Below are positions 39,703-52,500 of a DNA stretch of 64,000 nt, piece by piece (position 1 is the first letter of the stretch; the number at the start of each line of letters is the position of its first letter). The translations under genes were made by a program, and so were the position numbers. Under the pieces are notes generated by a model. That model saw nothing but the letters and a program-made list of their open reading frames with translations. It did no database searches and was not told the origin of the DNA. Origin of the DNA: an uncultured bacterium (GTDB lineage Bacteria > Patescibacteriota > Minisyncoccia > Moranbacterales > UBA2206); assembly GCA_903841185.1 (NCBI GenBank), contig CAIMIV010000042.1, forward strand, positions 11,319 to 75,318. The letters run 5' to 3'.

Positions 39703-41274
39703 ATGTACGACATCATCATAAAAAACGGCACCCTAATTGATGGCAGTGGTGAGCCGATGTATCGAGCGGATATTGGTATTAAGGATGATCGGATAGTGAA
39801 AATCGGAAAATTGCAAAATGAAAAAGGCGAGATTGAAATCGACGCCTCAGATCGTTTGGTTTGTCCGGGATTTGTGGATGTGAATAATCATAGTGATGTG
39901 TATTGGCGAATTTTTTCTAATCCGGAATTGGAAAGTCTCGTTTATCAAGGAATAACCACTATTGTGGGCGGCAACTGCGGCACCTCCCTGGCTCCGCTTT
40001 TGGGCGCCAAAGCGATTGAATCTTTGCAAAAGTGGTCTAATATTGATACAACTAGCTTGAATTGGCTGACAATGGAAGAATTTTTGGATGAAGTGGAAAA
40101 AAGAAAGTTGGCAGTCAATTTTGCCACTTTAGTGGGTCATGCGACGGTGCGTCGAAGGCTGGTAGGGGATGATATGCGCAGCCTTCATTTGAATGAGATT
40201 GATTTTTTAGCCAAAAAAATAAAGGTGGCCATCAAGGATGGGGCGCTGGGCATGTCTTCCGGGCTGGTATATACGCATGCCAGGAGCACTACGGAAGAGG
40301 AATTGTTGGCTTTGGCGAAAGTAATCAAAAAATATGATGGCGTGTACGTGACGCATATGCGCAATGAGGGAGCGGGCCTGCTGGAGTCGGTGGAAGAATC
40401 ATTGGAGATTGCCAGGAAAACAAAAGTTAAATTGCATATTTCTCATCTCAAGGCGGTCGGTGAAGAGAATTGGGGATTAATGGACGCGGCCTTAAATATG
40501 ATTACCCAGGCCAGGGATAATGGTGTCGACGTCACTTTCGATGTCTACCCCTATACTAATATTGGATCAGTACTCTATACCTTGCTGCCTATTTGGGTAA
40601 CGGATGGCGGCAAGAAGATGATGCTTAATCGCTTGAAAGATCCTGCGTTGCGTGTTCGAATAATTGATGATATGAGGGCTTCCGGAGTGGATTATGCTAA
40701 GATTGAGATTGCCAGTTCTTCTTTGGACAAAACCTTGGCTCGCAGAAAAATCGCCGAAATTGCGGCGTCGCAAGAAAAGTCAGTGGAAGAGGCGGTGTTG
40801 GACACTTTGGTTGCTTCGGACGGCCGGATGATTATCTCCATGGATGTTTTAAGCGAAGAAAATATCCAAAAGGCTCTAGTGCATCCCGCTTCAATGATTT
40901 CTACTAATGGAGCAGGGTATCGTGATATCCACGGCCGAACAGGCGAAGTGGTGCATCCCAGAAGCTTTGGGTCTTTTCCTCGAATTTTCCCCGAATATGT
41001 TTTAGGGAAAAGAATTTTGCGCTGGGAAGAGGCTGTGGCTAAAATGACTTCCCTTCCGGCGGAGAAATTTGGCATTGAAAAAAGAGGTCGGTTGAAAGAA
41101 AAATATTATGCCGATATCGTTATTTTCAATCGGGATGAAATTAGAGATTTGGCCACGACAGAGAACCCCTATCAATATAGCCAAGGCATTGATTTCGTGC
41201 TGGTTAACGGACAGGTCCTTTTGCAAGAAGGCCGGTATAATGGGAACAAGGCGGGGGAGGTAATAAGAAGGTAA
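39703..41274 (+). CDS. N-acyl-D-amino-acid deacylase-family amidohydrolase with altered active-site residues
   Basis: IKNGTLIDGSG, PGFVDVNNHSD, GNCG, THMR, SHLK, HPRSFGSFPR. Confidence 0.85.
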   Translation: MYDIIIKNGTLIDGSGEPMYRADIGIKDDRIVKIGKLQNEKGEIEIDASDRLVCPGFVDVNNHSDVYWRIFSNPELESLVYQGITTIVGGNCGTSLAPLLGAKAIESLQKWSNIDTTSLNWLTMEEFLDEVEKRKLAVNFATLVGHATVRRRLVGDDMRSLHLNEIDFLAKKIKVAIKDGALGMSSGLVYTHARSTTEEELLALAKVIKKYDGVYVTHMRNEGAGLLESVEESLEIARKTKVKLHISHLKAVGEENWGLMDAALNMITQARDNGVDVTFDVYPYTNIGSVLYTLLPIWVTDGGKKMMLNRLKDPALRVRIIDDMRASGVDYAKIEIASSSLDKTLARRKIAEIAASQEKSVEEAVLDTLVASDGRMIISMDVLSEENIQKALVHPASMISTNGAGYRDIHGRTGEVVHPRSFGSFPRIFPEYVLGKRILRWEEAVAKMTSLPAEKFGIEKRGRLKEKYYADIVIFNRDEIRDLATTENPYQYSQGIDFVLVNGQVLLQEGRYNGNKAGEVIRR

Positions 41275-41286
41275 TGTTTGAATAGT

Positions 41287-43812
41287 ATGAATCCTAATCC
41301 GAAAAGTTTTGAATTTACTTCGTACAAAATAAATAAAGAAAAGTCAGCAATAATTTTTTCTTATGAGATGGCTTTTTTTAATGCTGCTCCAATTCAATTC
41401 TCTGAAACAATTTCTTTTAGAGAATCTTTTTCGCTTGAAAATATTCCGGCAGAACTTTTAGAAAATTTATTGCAAAGTGTGCACATTGCACTCGGCGTAA
41501 GTTATTATAAATTATATTGTCCTAAGGAAATAAAAATTAATTCTATTCTCTCCCAAAAACAAGCTGAATTTTGGAATACGGTATATCGCAAGGGTTTGGG
41601 GGAGTTTTTTTATCGCAATCAAATTGATTCTGCGGGGCTGATAAATTTTCCTTTTGAAAAAGAAAAAAATGAAAAAGTATATCGACTAAAAAGAAAGACT
41701 AGATCTCTAGTGGGTATTGGTGGCGGAAAAGATTCTATTGTGGCAGTCGAGTTGCTACGAGAGCAGGGAGATGATGTGACAGCTTTTTTGGTGGAGACGC
41801 AACGGGAGGATAGCATTTCGCAGAATGTTGTATCCAAACTAGAAATTGGCTCAATTAAAATTGAGCGAAAATTGGACGAAAAACTTTTTGGAACATTTGA
41901 GGGAGCGTATAATGGTCATGTGCCCATTTCTTCTATCTTTGCTTTTCTAGGCTATTTAACGGCGATCTTGTACGATTATTCGCAAGTAGTGGTAGCTAAT
42001 GAATATAGTAGTAATTTTGGAAATATTATTTATGAAGGTCAGGAAATAAATCACCAATGGAGCAAATCTATGGAATTTGAAAAACTCTTTCAAGACTATA
42101 CTCGAGAAAATATTTGTCCAGACGTGCTTTATTTTTCTCTGTTGCGACAATTTTACGAAATTCGCATTATGGAGATGTTTGTTAAATATAAAAAATATTT
42201 CCCTATTTTTACCAGTTGCAACCGTAATTTCAGGGTGCATAAGGATAGGCCACAATCTTTGTGGTGCGGGGAATGTCCTAAATGTGTCTTTGCTTGGATT
42301 CTTTCGTCAGCTTTTTTAGAAAAAGAAGAATTGATTTCTATTTTCCATAAAAATCTCTACGATGACAAAAATCTTCTTCCACTATTCAAAGATATTTTAG
42401 GTTATGGCGAGATGAAACCTTTTGATTGCGTGGGAACTTTTGAGGAGTCTCGAGTGGCCTTGCACATGGCCAAGGAAAAATTTCCAGACAGTTTTATTGT
42501 GCAAAATTTGGAAGAAAAATTAGGTAACCAAGACGAGCATAAGCGCATTGTCTTCGGGACAAACGTTGCTCCAACGCTGCCAGACAAGTATAAATTATAT
42601 GGCGTAAAAAACGTGCTTATTGTTGGCTATGGAAAAGAAGGCCAGACGACTGAAAAATATTTGAAAAAATATTTCCCCCAAATAGCGATAGCGGTTGCGG
42701 ATGAAAAAGACGGCGAAAATTATTTAGATAATCAAAATGGTTATGATTTGGCAATAAAAACTCCAGGTTTACAAAAAGAAAAAATAACCATCCCATATAC
42801 CACCGCCACGAACCTGTTTTTTTCTCAGACAAAAAATAATTTGAAAATCGGAGTGACGGGTAGCAAAGGGAAAAGCACTACGGCATCGCTTATCTTTGTT
42901 ATCCTGAAGGAAGCTGGAAAAAAAGTGCGCTTAGTAGGAAACATTGGTGAGCCGATGTTGGAAACTCTACTAGAATCTCTGGATGAAGAAGAAATTTTTG
43001 TGATTGAACTTTCTAGCTATCAATTGGATGATCTGCACTATTCTCCAGAAATAGCTGTGGTGACCAATCTTTTTTCCGAGCATATGAATTATCATGGCAG
43101 TGTAGAAAATTATTATTTAGCTAAACAGAATATTATTAAATATCAGAATGTGGATAACCATTTTATTTTTAATGCTGCTAACGCTGATTTACAATCATGG
43201 ATTTCTCTGGCAAAAGCCAAAAAAGTAGCTTTTAATGAAATTGAAATTGCGCAGATAAAAAGTTCCCTCCTGGGTGATCATAACGCGGACAATATTAAAG
43301 CTGCTATGGCGGTGGCTGATGTTTTGGATATTCCTGATGATATCGTTGTAAGCGCGATAGAAAAATTTCAGCCACTTTTGCACCGTATGGAATTTGTGGG
43401 GGAATTCCGGCAGATAAAATTTTATAATGATGCCAATGCCACAATTCCGGAGGCCACCATAGGAGCCATAGGAGCTCTCCCTGAGGTGGAAACAATCTTT
43501 TTGGGAGGATTGGATAGGGGTTATGATTTTTCTAGCTTGGCGCAAATTATTGACGCGTCAGGAATAAAGAATATAGTATTTTTCCCTGATAGTGGCAGAA
43601 AAATAGAAGAGACATTGCAGATGATTAATCCTACAAAAAAATATAATGTTTTACATACGAAAGATATGGAGGAAGCGGTGCGGTTTGCCTATGCTAATAC
43701 AGGAAATGGAAAAGTTTGCTTGCTTTCAACAGCTTCTCCAAGCTATAGCATTTGGAAAAATTTTGTAGAAAAAGGAGAAAAATTCAAAGAGGCAATTGCA
43801 TGCCTAAAATAG
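41287..43812 (+). CDS. Fusion of MurL (UDP-MurNAc-L-Ala-L-Glu epimerase) and a MurD-type ligase
   Basis: N-half: GVSYYK, GGGKDS, NGHVP, NHQWSKS, SCNRNF, WCGECPKC, KPFDCVG. C-half: GYGKEG, GVTGSKGKSTT, GNIG, ELSSYQL, HRME, NDANAT. Confidence 0.85.
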   Translation: MNPNPKSFEFTSYKINKEKSAIIFSYEMAFFNAAPIQFSETISFRESFSLENIPAELLENLLQSVHIALGVSYYKLYCPKEIKINSILSQKQAEFWNTVYRKGLGEFFYRNQIDSAGLINFPFEKEKNEKVYRLKRKTRSLVGIGGGKDSIVAVELLREQGDDVTAFLVETQREDSISQNVVSKLEIGSIKIERKLDEKLFGTFEGAYNGHVPISSIFAFLGYLTAILYDYSQVVVANEYSSNFGNIIYEGQEINHQWSKSMEFEKLFQDYTRENICPDVLYFSLLRQFYEIRIMEMFVKYKKYFPIFTSCNRNFRVHKDRPQSLWCGECPKCVFAWILSSAFLEKEELISIFHKNLYDDKNLLPLFKDILGYGEMKPFDCVGTFEESRVALHMAKEKFPDSFIVQNLEEKLGNQDEHKRIVFGTNVAPTLPDKYKLYGVKNVLIVGYGKEGQTTEKYLKKYFPQIAIAVADEKDGENYLDNQNGYDLAIKTPGLQKEKITIPYTTATNLFFSQTKNNLKIGVTGSKGKSTTASLIFVILKEAGKKVRLVGNIGEPMLETLLESLDEEEIFVIELSSYQLDDLHYSPEIAVVTNLFSEHMNYHGSVENYYLAKQNIIKYQNVDNHFIFNAANADLQSWISLAKAKKVAFNEIEIAQIKSSLLGDHNADNIKAAMAVADVLDIPDDIVVSAIEKFQPLLHRMEFVGEFRQIKFYNDANATIPEATIGAIGALPEVETIFLGGLDRGYDFSSLAQIIDASGIKNIVFFPDSGRKIEETLQMINPTKKYNVLHTKDMEEAVRFAYANTGNGKVCLLSTASPSYSIWKNFVEKGEKFKEAIACLK

Positions 43813-44018
43813 CAGGCAAACAGAGGAAAATGGGGTTTTAGAATTTGAATCCTGTGTTTGATGTAGTGCGTTGCTTTGCCTACATGCCTATGATAGGATA
43901 AAAGTGTTGAAAATATCGGATTGTTGCTGTATGATGAAATAAATAGCGTATAATGTTGGAATAAATAACCCTCCTTGCGGCAAGCTGCGGGGAATTAACT
44001 CTAAAAGTATAAAATGAT

Positions 44019-46496
44019 ATGGAAAATTATCCGCCACACGTAAACTCCAGTTTTAAAGTTGAATCTGTAGTAGAAAAAGATGCCAGCTCTAAATTTACAG
44101 TGAAAATGATGGATGCTGTCAGTATAGTCAGCATTTTTATGCTTTTTTTCGGCTTGCCAATCTTTTTCACCGGGCTATCGCTGCAAGGTATCGTTTTTGA
44201 AAAACAAATGTATTTCTATTTCTGGACACTCCTGGCTTTGATTTGTTGGGCAGGCAAGGGAGTGCTTTTGGGCGAGATGAAAATTCGGCGAACCCCGTTG
44301 GATATTCCAATTTTGTTGTTTTGGGTGGTGTACTTATTGGCAACCGTAATCTCTGTTGACCGCTGGCACAGCTTTGTAGGCCTATCAGTTGATCCATCAC
44401 GAGGTTTCATGAATGTAACAGCTTTGGTGTTGGTATATTATGTCATTATGAGCAATTTCAGTGAAAAAATGTTTCGCTGGATTGTGGGAGCGATTACTTC
44501 TTCCAGTCTGATTGTGTTTGTTTGGTCAACTCTGGGTATTTTGGGCGTTAATTTTTTACCGGCAAAGATAGCCGCATACGCGCCGCTGAGCCTGTTGGGA
44601 ACAGTTTCCAGTTTGGGAATATTTCTGGGCATCATGTTGCCAATTGTTATTACGATCTTGTTTAAGGTACGGGGCAATGATGCAATGCGCAAATGGCTTA
44701 AGAATAGCCTAACAGTGGTGCTTTTGCTTGACTTAGCGCTGAATGTTTTTTTGCTGTTAGCCTTGTATGGATTTGTATCTTGGGTTGTCTTTATGATAGG
44801 TATTGGTTTCTTTTTGATATTTATCTTAGCTAGGATTGTGCGTCCGATCGAGAGTTGGTCATGGGTGCTGATTACAACTTTTATCCTGCTGATGGTTATT
44901 TGGATGTCGGGGGACAGTTTCAAAATAGTGCAGATTAATTTACCGACAGAGGTTAGTCCGGCATATAATCTTTCTTGGCAAGTAGCGAAAGATTCTGTGA
45001 GAAATAATTTTTTCCTGGGAACAGGCGCGGCTTCGTATGGCTATGATTTTTCTTTGTACAAACCGCAAGATTTCAATTTGAATCAGTTGTACAATCTGCG
45101 CTTCTATCAAGGCACGGGAATTGTTTTTGAAGCGCTTTCGACAATCGGTGTAATAGGAATATTGGCATTGGCTTTGATATTGCTATCTTTCATTAGTCTC
45201 AGTGTATTTTATTTGATTGTGCGGAAAGAAAAAGACAAGGTCTATTCTTTGGGATTTGTAACAGCAGCCTTGATTTTCCTTATGTCCGCTGTTTTGAACC
45301 GTGTGGAAGGATCATTGCTGATAGTCGGCAGCCTATTGGCTGTCGTGTCCTTGGCGGTTTTGATTCGGGAGAGTGACTCGGAGGAGAGATTTTTAAAATT
45401 ATCGCTTAAGGCCTCACCTAAATATGCTTTGACGCTAGCGTTTATTTTTATAGTGGTTAGTGCCGGCGTGGCCTACTCATTCGTTTTTGTGGGAAAAATG
45501 TATATCGCAGATTTGTATGCCGGAGCAGCCATGCGTCAAGCGCAAGTCACTGAAGACGGTTCTATTGCGAAAATATTGCGGGCGGCCAATCTGAATAGCA
45601 AAGAGGATAAATATTATACAAACATCGGACAACAGTATATGGTTTTGGCTAATAGTGAAATGCTTAAGCCGAGTGAACAGCGAGACGTGACGGCGGTGCA
45701 GAATTATTTAAATAATTCTATTATGGCTGTGACTCATGCTCGCGATTTGGTGCCTAATGACGTGGCTACTGTGGAAGCTTTGGCGCAAGTGTATGAAAAT
45801 GCCGGTATGTATGTGGCCGATCCTGGGTATGTGGCTGATTCGTTGAAATGGGCAGAAGATACGTATAATCAAGCGTTGAAATTAGAGCCGAACAATCCGA
45901 ATTTTAACTTGGAACTGGGGAAAATCAAGCTTAGCCAAACGGCAATTGCAAAGACTGATGATGAAAAGAAACAACTAGTGGGTCAGGCTAAGGACTTATT
46001 CCAAAAATCAATTGATGAAAAAAATAATTTCGCTCCGGGATATTATCAATTGGCCCTTGCTCAATCAGCGCTGAATGACCTTGATGCGGCCATTGAAACG
46101 ATGGGTAAAGCCAAATATTTTGATAGTGCTAATATTAACTATTTCTTTAGCCAGGCTAGATTGTATCAGCAAAGAGGCAAAGGTGATGACAATAAAACTG
46201 CTGAAGCTATTTTCAAGCAAATTCTGGGCGTGAATGACAAGGAGATCAATACACATTTCAGTTTGGCGATGTTATATGAGAAAATGAATGAAAGAGATCA
46301 GGCGATTACTGAGTACAATCGCGTGATTGAATTGTTGCCAGCGGATAACAAGGACGTGACAGACAAGGTCAAGGCAATGATTGAAAATGTGAAGAACGGA
46401 GTTTCTAATTTGCAAACCAAGGCGGCGGATGTCGCGACTGAATCAGTGCAGTCCGCTGCTCCAGCTCAACCAGCTGCGTCAAAGGTGAATCCATAG
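44019..46496 (+). CDS. O-antigen-ligase-like polytopic membrane protein with C-terminal TPR repeats
   Basis: Many TM helices, FLGTG periplasmic loop, TPR-type ALKLEPNNP and YYQLALA. Confidence 0.7.
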   Translation: MENYPPHVNSSFKVESVVEKDASSKFTVKMMDAVSIVSIFMLFFGLPIFFTGLSLQGIVFEKQMYFYFWTLLALICWAGKGVLLGEMKIRRTPLDIPILLFWVVYLLATVISVDRWHSFVGLSVDPSRGFMNVTALVLVYYVIMSNFSEKMFRWIVGAITSSSLIVFVWSTLGILGVNFLPAKIAAYAPLSLLGTVSSLGIFLGIMLPIVITILFKVRGNDAMRKWLKNSLTVVLLLDLALNVFLLLALYGFVSWVVFMIGIGFFLIFILARIVRPIESWSWVLITTFILLMVIWMSGDSFKIVQINLPTEVSPAYNLSWQVAKDSVRNNFFLGTGAASYGYDFSLYKPQDFNLNQLYNLRFYQGTGIVFEALSTIGVIGILALALILLSFISLSVFYLIVRKEKDKVYSLGFVTAALIFLMSAVLNRVEGSLLIVGSLLAVVSLAVLIRESDSEERFLKLSLKASPKYALTLAFIFIVVSAGVAYSFVFVGKMYIADLYAGAAMRQAQVTEDGSIAKILRAANLNSKEDKYYTNIGQQYMVLANSEMLKPSEQRDVTAVQNYLNNSIMAVTHARDLVPNDVATVEALAQVYENAGMYVADPGYVADSLKWAEDTYNQALKLEPNNPNFNLELGKIKLSQTAIAKTDDEKKQLVGQAKDLFQKSIDEKNNFAPGYYQLALAQSALNDLDAAIETMGKAKYFDSANINYFFSQARLYQQRGKGDDNKTAEAIFKQILGVNDKEINTHFSLAMLYEKMNERDQAITEYNRVIELLPADNKDVTDKVKAMIENVKNGVSNLQTKAADVATESVQSAAPAQPAASKVNP

Positions 46497-46583
46497 CTTT
46501 TTTATTGCGTGCAACTGACCTAAATGATATAATAAAACCACGGAAAAAGAATAAATTCCCTAAACTAAAAAACAAAGAAAAAC

Positions 46584-49500
46584 ATGTCGCAAGCTGAGGA
46601 ATCATGCTCGATTTTTGAAAAATATAAACTGCACAAAAATTACTTCTTGTTGTTTGTAGTTTTTTGTGTCTTTGCCTTACTCAAATATCTTTCTCGATAC
46701 GAATCTTTGAGCAATTTTGTCATGGGGGCAATAGCCGTTTCCCCCTTCATCCTAACCACTGCTTTTCTCACTTGGGTCTATCTGAAGGATCGCAAGAACC
46801 ATGTCTTGTATAAGCTGATGATGAAGCAGGATGTTTTTCTCAAACTGGCTTTCAAATTGACTCTATCAGTTCTGGTGATATTGGTGGTTTTGTTTCCGGG
46901 CGATTGGAAACCGCTGTTGAATTTTTTTGATGTCGTCCGCCGGTCATTTTCCCTGGAGATGTATTTTCTTATTGCCTCATATCTCGCCGCCTTCATTCTC
47001 GCCGGCGAACTGATTTCTTTTTTTGTACGCTTGTATCAAATCAGTGTAGGCACCTATCATCACAAGATTTATCATGTTTTTAAAAAAACCCTCTACTCGA
47101 CTTTTTTTGTTTTTTTCCTGTTATTGCTTTTTTCCGTCCTGACTTATCCGCAAGCTTTCTATCCGATTACCGACGCTGTGTCCGATGTCATGTTCACCGT
47201 TAGTCAAGGTACCGTGGCTTTGTCTAAGTTATCCGGCGGGGAATTGCAAAGCAATACTTCGCTACTTAATCTGGCTAAGAATGCTTTTTCCAAAACTTCC
47301 TCCAATCTAGTCCGCAAGATGGATACAACTCAGTCGGATCTGGCCAAGTCTGTAGCACTCAGCCGGGATGCCCTTGTGCAATCGGTAGCGGACACTTCCA
47401 AAAATCTGACCGAATCGACTAATGGCAAAGTATCTTCCGATGGCGGCAAGATCAGTGGGGCGGTGGTTCTGTCCGGCAAAGGTTCTGACTTGACAGTGGA
47501 GGGCACCACTATCACTAAAGACATTCTACCGGATGCATCGTTGTCATATAATTTGGGCAGCGCAGGCAAGACTTGGAACACGGTGTATGCTCATCGCCTC
47601 ATCGGAGCGTCCCCGGTTTTCATCGGCACCGGTTCTTCCGCTCAAGGTTTGACTAATGATGGCGACCTAGTCGTGTCAAGCGATTTGGAAGTGCGAGGGA
47701 AAATTTATGCCACGCAAATTATCGGACCGGTTTCGAACACAAATAAATTTGAAGGCGGAATAATAACCAGTAGCATCGTTCCGGATGGATCAAATATCAA
47801 CCTCGGCAGCGCCAGCAATCATTTTTCCACGGTCTATGCCAACAGTCTCGTGGGTGTGCCTTTGAATTTTCTGCCGCTGATCGGTGGCACGCTTTCCGGT
47901 AATTTGAATTTAGGCAATCATAGTTTTACCACTTTCAATTCAGTCCTAGTGGACAATCTCAATGCGGATTTGTTGGATGGCAGTCAGGCCAGTGCTTTTG
48001 CCATGCTCAACGGCAGAAGTGGCGGACAAACAATCACTGGCGACACAGCGGCCGGCGGTAATCTGACCTTGTCTTCTACGAACAATGCTGCCAAAGGCAA
48101 AATAGTTTTTGGCAATTCTGCCTATGATGAAAAATCTAATCGATTGGGAATTGGCACAAACACTCCGGGCGCTCTGCTGCACCTGAACAATGCCACTGCC
48201 GGCCAAAAATCTTTGATCATCCAAGGTGCGCAAAACCAATCCGCTAATTTGGTGGAAATCTATGGCTATGATTCCGGTGGCATTCCGAATGGCCAGACTT
48301 TTGACAACGCGCCGGTTTTTGATGACGCGCATACCTTTGACAACGCACCGTCTTTGATCAATCTAACTTTTGATAATAATCCTTCTAGTCTATCTGCCAT
48401 CGCCAATTACAACAGCAGTTCAGCCTACAGCGCTTACAACAATTCGCATTCGTTGAAAATATATGCCTACAAAATAATCAACGGAATTAAAATTTTTAAT
48501 CCGACGCCGATTGTAACTGCATTGAATGACGACAACAGCGGTCGTACCTACACTATCAGCTGGTCTTGGTCGCCAGCCACGGATGCGGATGGTTATCGCA
48601 TCTTCAAATCCATTAGTGACGGCTCAGCTAATTTTGATAAATTCACGGATGTAGTCGGCACGAGTTTCTACGACACTGGCGCCACTGATTTTTCTCAAGA
48701 CGGAACCTTTGACGGACGCACGAGCTTGGCCTATGCGGTCAATTACAATACCGGTTCAAGCTACGCGGCTAACGGCAGTCAGCATCAATTAGTAGTGTAT
48801 GCCTATGAATTGCATAATGGCGTCAAAATTTTCAATAACGCGCCGTTGCACATCATCCCACAGATTGATTCCAGTGGTCGAAATTTTTCTCTGGATTATT
48901 CGTGGACAGCGGCCAGTGGCGCCGACGGTTATCGGGTGTTTGACTATGACAGCTCCGCCGGAATCTATGTCAGTCGCTATGCAGACATCACGACTACGAA
49001 CTTCCATGATGCCGGTCAAAATGATTTCACGAGCAGCGGAACATTCAATGGATCTACGAGCTATACCGACGGCCATGTAGTCAATTATGGCTCCGGTTCG
49101 AGCTACGTTGCCAATGGCCAAGAACACGGCGTACGCGTCTATGCATATAAAGAATATGCCGGCACCAAGATTTTCAATCCGGATTATGCGCAAGCCCAGT
49201 TTACTGACAATAACAGCGGTCAGCACTATACCATCGATTGGTCATGGACGGCGGCCGCGGGTGCCACCGGTTATCGCGTGTTTGATTTCGACAGTGGCAA
49301 CAGCATCAATTTTGATAAATATAGCGATGTCACTAATTCCAATTTCCAAGACGCCAGTCCCGGCAGCTTCACTCACACTGGTACTTTTGACGGCATGACG
49401 GAATATACCGGTTCGATGATGGCTTCTATTTCCAAAGACGGCATTATCGACGCCGCTGGTTTTTCCATCAATGGCGTGGCGCTTAGCGTTTCCGGCTGGG

Positions 49501-52500
49501 GGAATATTGGTGGCAATCTAGCCGATCAAACTGATTTGGTGTCAGCCTTGGGAGCCAAATTGAGTCTCACAGGCGGCACGATGAGTGGTATCTTGAATTT
49601 ACCCAGCAATGGTTTGATAGTCGGCACTACTCAGATAGTCGCCCTTAACGGAGCGGTGGGCATTGGCACAGCGACCCCGTCAGCCAGTTATCAATTGACC
49701 GTCAATGGCGATGTCAATGTGACTAACGGCCTGTTGCGTTTTTCCGGCACGCAGATCGGACTTAATAATTTGAAAAATGTCGCAGTCGGTTCGCCCGCGG
49801 TCAATCAAGTACTGGCGTTCAATGGCACCAATTGGGTCAATACCACCTTAAGCAGTGTTTCCGCGGGCAATGTCGTGTCTTTCTATTTGCAAACTCAAGC
49901 TGGTGACATTTCACCTTTCAAGCAATTGCAAGCTACTCCGGGCGCGGGTTCTGAGGTGGATGTGCATGCCACAGTCAGCAACAACCTGAGCAGTCCAACT
50001 TTGCTGGAAGAATATATCTCTTCCGCCGCGGGACTTGGTGGCAATCAAATTGATGGCGGGGAGTGGGAATTTGACACCTTCGGTTTCGTTTCCGATGCAA
50101 GCGGCGATTCGGAAATTCAAATCGATGTTTTTACGCGAGCTACCAACGGCACCGAGACCTATCTATTCACCGCCAATACCGGATCAATCACCGGCACTAC
50201 CGCTGATGCACAAGCGATGGCAGTCAATTCGACTCAATCAGCTTTCAGCATCGCACCCAGTGACCGTTTAGTGGTCAAATATTCGGCTAAAACGGATTTG
50301 CTCAGCGGAACAACAATCCATCTTTTGCATAACGGTCAAGATCATTATTCACATTTTCATACGCCAATGCTCACGCGCCATAATGATATGGCCGGTTTGC
50401 AAGGCGGAACCAATCAGCAATATTATCATCTAACATCTTCTGAATACACCGGGACAGGGACAGGGACTTTTGTGCGGCAATCTTCACCGGCTTTCACCGG
50501 CACAACGACCGGTATCACCGCAACTATGGTGGGGTTGGGGAATGTGCCGAATTTGGCGTTCAGCGGTTCCAATACGGGCGACAATGCCGTCAATTCTCTG
50601 TATAGTGGCTTGATTACTAATGCCACGCACACAGGTGACGCGACGGGCGCAAGCGCTTTGACCGTGGTGGGCATCAACGGCACGCAATTGTCAGCATTAG
50701 CGACCGGCATTTTGAAAAACACCACCACCACTGGCGTGCCGAGTATCGCCGTGGCGGGAGATTTTCCGACTTTGAATCAAAACACCTCCGGCACCGCCGC
50801 CGGACTTTCTGCTATATTGGTATCTACCAGTGGCGGTTCTGGCATTAACAATTCCGGCACTTTGACTTGGGGCACAGGTGGCACCTTGGGAACAAATGCT
50901 TTCACGAGCACAGCCTATGCGCCATTGGCTTCACCGACATTTACGGGAGACATAAATTTCCCTGGTTCTGGGGTTTGGAATTCGAGTGGCAACGTGGGGA
51001 TTGGGACGATTTCGCCAAACGCACTACTAGATATAAATCATATTGGTGCAATTGCTATTCCCGGCTTTAATATTGCGGCAACAGATGCAAACAATGCCTA
51101 TCAATTAAAAATCTTGGGCCACACAGGAGGGGTCTCTCATACACAAATTGTAACGGACAATTCCAATAGCAGATTAACAGTAATGGCAGGAGCGCAAAAT
51201 GACTTTGCTCCACGCATGTTCTTTATTGGTGCGCAAGATGCAACAACATCCTTGCGAGGTTGGGGAACATTTGATTATGGTTCAAATTTATATGATTTAG
51301 ATACTGCAGAGTTCCAAGTAAGACAGGTCTCCACTGGTGGGTTCACTACCATGTTCAGATCAGTTGGAAAAGCTGGGTCATTATTTCCTTCTGGAACAGT
51401 TGGAATAGGAAGTTCTGTCATATCTGTCGCCAAATTTTCGGTAGAAAATACCGGAACTACGGATTCTTTTTTAGTTAACGATGAGGCGAGTGACACAACG
51501 CCGTTTGTAATTAATACAGATGGTAACGTTGGTATTGGGAGGACAAGTCCGGGCTATAAATTAGATATTTCTACGCCAGGAAATTCTGATGCACAATTAC
51601 ATATTAATTCATCAAATCCTTATAGTGATACGGGAGGGTATATTAGTAGCGGAGCGGCGGCTAATCTAGGTTTGGCAGGAGGAACCGCACTTAGTGGTGG
51701 GGCATGGAAAGTTAAAACAACTACCGGAGCTTCACTTATAAATTTGGGTTCAGGCGCAATGACTTTTTATACAAATGACACAAGTGCTGCTACTCCCGGA
51801 GATATCTTGAGCCTGTCAGCCCGTATGAAAATAACCAATACCGGCAACGTCGGCATCGGGGCGACGAGTCCTCTATACAAATTTGATGTATCAAATGACG
51901 GAGTAGCGAAATCCTTGCTCCACTTTTCTCAGAGCGGAACGGACGTTGGTGGATGGTTAACATCTGTGGGTGACGGTAATTTTTATATGTCATCTGGCAT
52001 GGAATATGATGCGGGAGCTGGTGGCTGGATTCAAAAATCATCAAACGGAGTTGGCAATATCATTGGCGGTGATTCGCCAGGACTGTCATTTTACACGACA
52101 AGCGGAACGGCAGTTGGATCTGTTGCAACCCTTGCTGTACGTATGAGAATAGATACGAGTGGTAACGTCGGGATTGGAACGACGGCTCCATCAACTAATT
52201 TTGAAGTTTATAGTCCCACAGTGACAAATGGTATTGTTATCCCTTTGAGAGTTAATGGAAGAATTGGAAATACGAGCGGTCAAGATGGAGTGGGAATGGA
52301 TTTTAATGGCATTTGGGATTCTTCCGGATCTGCTTTTACATTGGGTAGAATTGTCGGCAGAGAATATGGTGGTTATAAAGGAGGTTTATCTTTTTTGGTT
52401 AACAATAATGGAGCTACTGCTCCCAATTCTGCAGTAATGTCCGAGGCAATGAGAATGGATAATGTCGGTAACGTGGGGATTGGGACATCGAGTCCTGTGG

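Noticed and set aside
43964-43998. IS200/IS605-type end palindrome (ccttgcggcaagctgcgggg)
   Set aside because: Single imperfect copy with no transposase; not supportable.
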